Source: Elusimicrobiota bacterium (GTDB taxonomy: Bacteria > Elusimicrobiota > Elusimicrobia > UBA1565 > UBA9628). From it: a stretch of DNA of 64,000 bases. The stretch spans positions 1,493 through 65,492 of the forward strand of contig DAIDHI010000044.1 of NCBI GenBank assembly GCA_027452025.1, read 5' to 3'. Position 1 is the stretch's first letter. Every line of letters starts with the position of its first letter. Position numbers and translations under genes: made by a program. Shown here one piece after another: positions 62,106-64,000 of this stretch. The notes beneath the pieces were generated by a model. That model saw only the letters and a list, made by a program, of their open reading frames with translations. It was not told the DNA's origin and made no database searches.

Positions 62106-63434
62106 TTATTGCGCCAGGTCTCCCGCGAATTCGCCGAGAGTCTTGACGTCGGGCGAGCGCTGCAGCTTCTGGATCGCCTTATGCTCGATCTGGCGGGCGC
62201 GCTCGCGCGTGATGCCGAAGGTCCTGCCGCACTCTTCCAGCGTGCTCTGGACGCCGGTCTCCAGGCCGAAGCGCATCTTGAGCACCCCCGCCTCGCGCTC
62301 GGAAAGCACGGAGAAGGCGCGCTCCAGGCCGCTGCGCCACAGGACGCGCTTGAGCGCCTGCTGCGGGCCGGTCGCCTTTTTGTCGACGATGGTGTCGCCG
62401 AGCGTTCCCTCCTCCTCGCCGTCCTTCATGGGCGAGGCCAGGGACACCGGCTCCTGCATGGCCTCCATGGTCATGCGAACCTTGCGCTGCGACAGCTTCA
62501 GGATCTTGGCGTACTCGGCCACGGTGGGCTCGCGCCCGAGGTCCTGCCGCATGCGCTGACCCAGGCGGGCCATCTTGACCATGCGCTCGCGCACGTGCGC
62601 CGGCACGCGCACGGTGCGGTCCTTGTCGGCCAGGGCGCGGTTGATGGACTGCCGGATCCACCAGGTGGCGTAGGTCGAGAACTTGAAGCCTCGGCCGACG
62701 TCGAACTTCTCGGCGCCCTTCATGAGCCCGAGGCTGCCTTCCTGGATCAAGTCGACCAGCTCCATGCTCGAGCCCGCGTGCCTCTTGGCGATCGAGACCA
62801 CGAGACGGAGGTTCGCCTGCACGAGCTTGGTCTTGGCGTCCAACACGCCGTCCTCGAGGCCGCGCAGGCGCTCGTCGAGAGCGAGCAGGGCCTTGGCGGG
62901 CATGGGCAGGCTGCGCAGCACGCGCGCCCGGTCCTCGACGGAGTGGGCGTTCTCGACGGCATGGGCGAGCACCTTGATCCTGTTGGCCAAGCGAATCACG
63001 CGCCGGTCGTTGAGCTTGAGCCCGACGATGCGGCGCAGGATCTTCTCCTCGCGGGCCGGCCCGGGCGGGAGCTTCTTGAGGGCGTGCGAGATGTAGGCGG
63101 CGGCGTCGTGGATGCGCCGCTTCATCGTCGCCAGCTGCCTCTGGCTCTTGCGCCCGCGGGGCATCAGCTCCTGGGCCGACATCTCCCGGGCGCGCAGCAG
63201 CGCGTCCCAATCGAGGACGGCGCGAGCGGCGACGGGAGAACCCAGCACGACGAGGCGCAGCTCCTTGTTGAGCGCGCGGATCGTCCGCGTCAGATAAATC
63301 TCCTCGTCGCGCGTGAGCAGAGGAATCTTCGCGATCGCGGCGAGGTAGGCCGTAATGGAGTCCGGGAAATTCGCCTCGAGGGCCGGCAGAGCCGGCTTGC
63401 CCCGAAGGGCGATGGAGCGCGAGAGAACCTTCAT
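62106..63434 (-). CDS. RNA polymerase sigma-70 family factor (RpoD-like group 1/2; regions 1.2, NCR, 2, 3, 4; no acidic region 1.1)
   Basis: Region 1.2 [21 protein letters not shown], region 2 [17 protein letters not shown]...YATWWIRQ, region 4 HTH at the C-terminus. Confidence 0.9.
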   Translation of the reverse strand: MKVLSRSIALRGKPALPALEANFPDSITAYLAAIAKIPLLTRDEEIYLTRTIRALNKELRLVVLGSPVAARAVLDWDALLRAREMSAQELMPRGRKSQRQLATMKRRIHDAAAYISHALKKLPPGPAREEKILRRIVGLKLNDRRVIRLANRIKVLAHAVENAHSVEDRARVLRSLPMPAKALLALDERLRGLEDGVLDAKTKLVQANLRLVVSIAKRHAGSSMELVDLIQEGSLGLMKGAEKFDVGRGFKFSTYATWWIRQSINRALADKDRTVRVPAHVRERMVKMARLGQRMRQDLGREPTVAEYAKILKLSQRKVRMTMEAMQEPVSLASPMKDGEEEGTLGDTIVDKKATGPQQALKRVLWRSGLERAFSVLSEREAGVLKMRFGLETGVQSTLEECGRTFGITRERARQIEHKAIQKLQRSPDVKTLGEFAGDLAQ

Positions 63435-63526
63435 AATGCACCACCTGGAGCGTGGGCGGCGGGGACTGAGGGGTTGGCGGCGTCCGGCTCCAAGAACTAG
63501 TGTACGAGCGCCCTGTTACGAAGTTG

Positions 63527-63643
63527 TTAACGCGGCCCGTCGAGCGGCAGCTCGCCCTGGGCCTCGGGCAGCGCCGCCCCGGAGAGCGCCAAGCCGAAGC
63601 GCTTGGCCAGCTCCGAACGCGTCTGGGAGTAGCGGCCGCACAT
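63527..63643 (-). pseudogene. N-terminal fragment (38 codons) of an SOS-response-associated peptidase (SRAP/YedK-like)
   Basis: MCGRYSQTRSELAKRFGLALSGAALPEAQGELPLDGPR* has the family-defining MCGR(Y/F) start with catalytic Cys2, then a TAA. No continuation in other frames before the sigma gene. Confidence 0.5.
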
Positions 63644-63667
63644 GGCGGCCTGAGATTACCAAATCGC

Positions 63668-64000
63668 TCAGCGCGAGGACACGTCGGCCCACAGCAGCCG
63701 CGGCCCGGTCGGCGCGGCCGCCTCGGTGCTCGGCTCCGTCGTAATCCAGACCTCGAACTGGTCGAGCGGAGTGACGGTGGCGAAGGTCGCCGTCTTTTTC
63801 TTGCTCGCCTGCAGCGCCCCCATATTCTCCCAAGGCGCCTTGGCGTTGGCTGCGTTGCGCGTCCAGACCACGTAGGTCTCGGCCGGCGGCGTCAGCCGCT
63901 GGGGCTTGGGCATGCAGCGGATGCTCAAGGAGAGGCTGTAGTTGCCGTTCCTGGCCTTGCGCGTGTAGACGAAGCCGTCCGTGCTCGGCAGCGCGGCGCT
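63668..64000 (-). CDS. Hypothetical protein, 5' end outside the window
   Basis: Open minus-strand frame running off the window edge (…FVYTRKARNGNYSLSLSIRCMPKPQRLTPPAETYVVWTRNA…), stop at 63668. Confidence 0.5.
   Translation of the reverse strand, partial: SAALPSTDGFVYTRKARNGNYSLSLSIRCMPKPQRLTPPAETYVVWTRNAANAKAPWENMGALQASKKKTATFATVTPLDQFEVWITTEPSTEAAAPTGPRLLWADVSSR

Noticed and set aside
63435-63667. Looked for a tRNA, or for the continuation of the SRAP gene, in the sigma-factor upstream region
   Set aside because: No cloverleaf-compatible sequence (no GTTCGAATC-type T-arm) and no SRAP-like translation in any frame beyond the 38-codon fragment.

Overview
This is a high-GC (about 67%) bacterial chromosomal segment that is coding almost end to end, and I found no rRNA, tRNA or CRISPR array. 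An outer-membrane-type protein ending in Phe, lnt, and a TonB/ExbBD set suggest a diderm organism; I cannot place it taxonomically from sequence alone. All coordinates, domain calls and interpretations below are from reading the sequence and the ORF track by eye; no searches were run.

**Housekeeping content, in order:**
- rplK (partial) and rplA, followed by a terminator.
- prfB with no frameshift site.
- A minus-strand operon of an SRPBCC protein, secA, lnt and a deacetylase-fold gene.
- mltD and two lipoproteins.
- An extended psd.
- A threonine operon hom-thrC-thrB-lysC with a translationally coupled DnaQ-like exonuclease.
- amt, a secreted zincin metalloprotease, proC and rnd.
- A minus-strand operon of a HEAT-repeat lipoprotein, exbB, exbD, tonB and tag.
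- A minus-strand operon hemE, protoporphyrinogen oxidase, mgtC, rlmN and a GAF protein.
- cdh, prc and clpB.
- thpR, dtd and an RNase T2.
- A TPR lipoprotein coupled to a histidine kinase, and an RpoD-like sigma factor.

**Most notable regions:**
- A mixed-orientation glycan-assembly locus (about 41.2-48.8 kb). It has two paralogous B12-binding radical-SAM enzymes, each paired with a GT2 glycosyltransferase, a third GT2 and a Wzm/Wzt ABC-2 exporter. A candidate 45-aa ORF lies beside one radical-SAM gene.
- A roughly 0.9-kb RayT (REP-associated tyrosine transposase) element with 26-27 bp inverted repeats at 56.39-57.30 kb. It sits between convergent genes and supplies the last codons of thpR.
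- A CorC/CNNM-CBS transporter fused to a PTS EIIA(Ntr)-like domain, and a tandem PC4-like ssDNA-binding protein.
- A perfect 32-bp AT-rich palindrome between rnd and tag.
- A truncated SRAP/YedK remnant upstream of the sigma factor.
- Several TATAAT boxes positioned for near-leaderless transcription.

Long antisense ORFs in the track are high-GC artefacts and are not reported as features.
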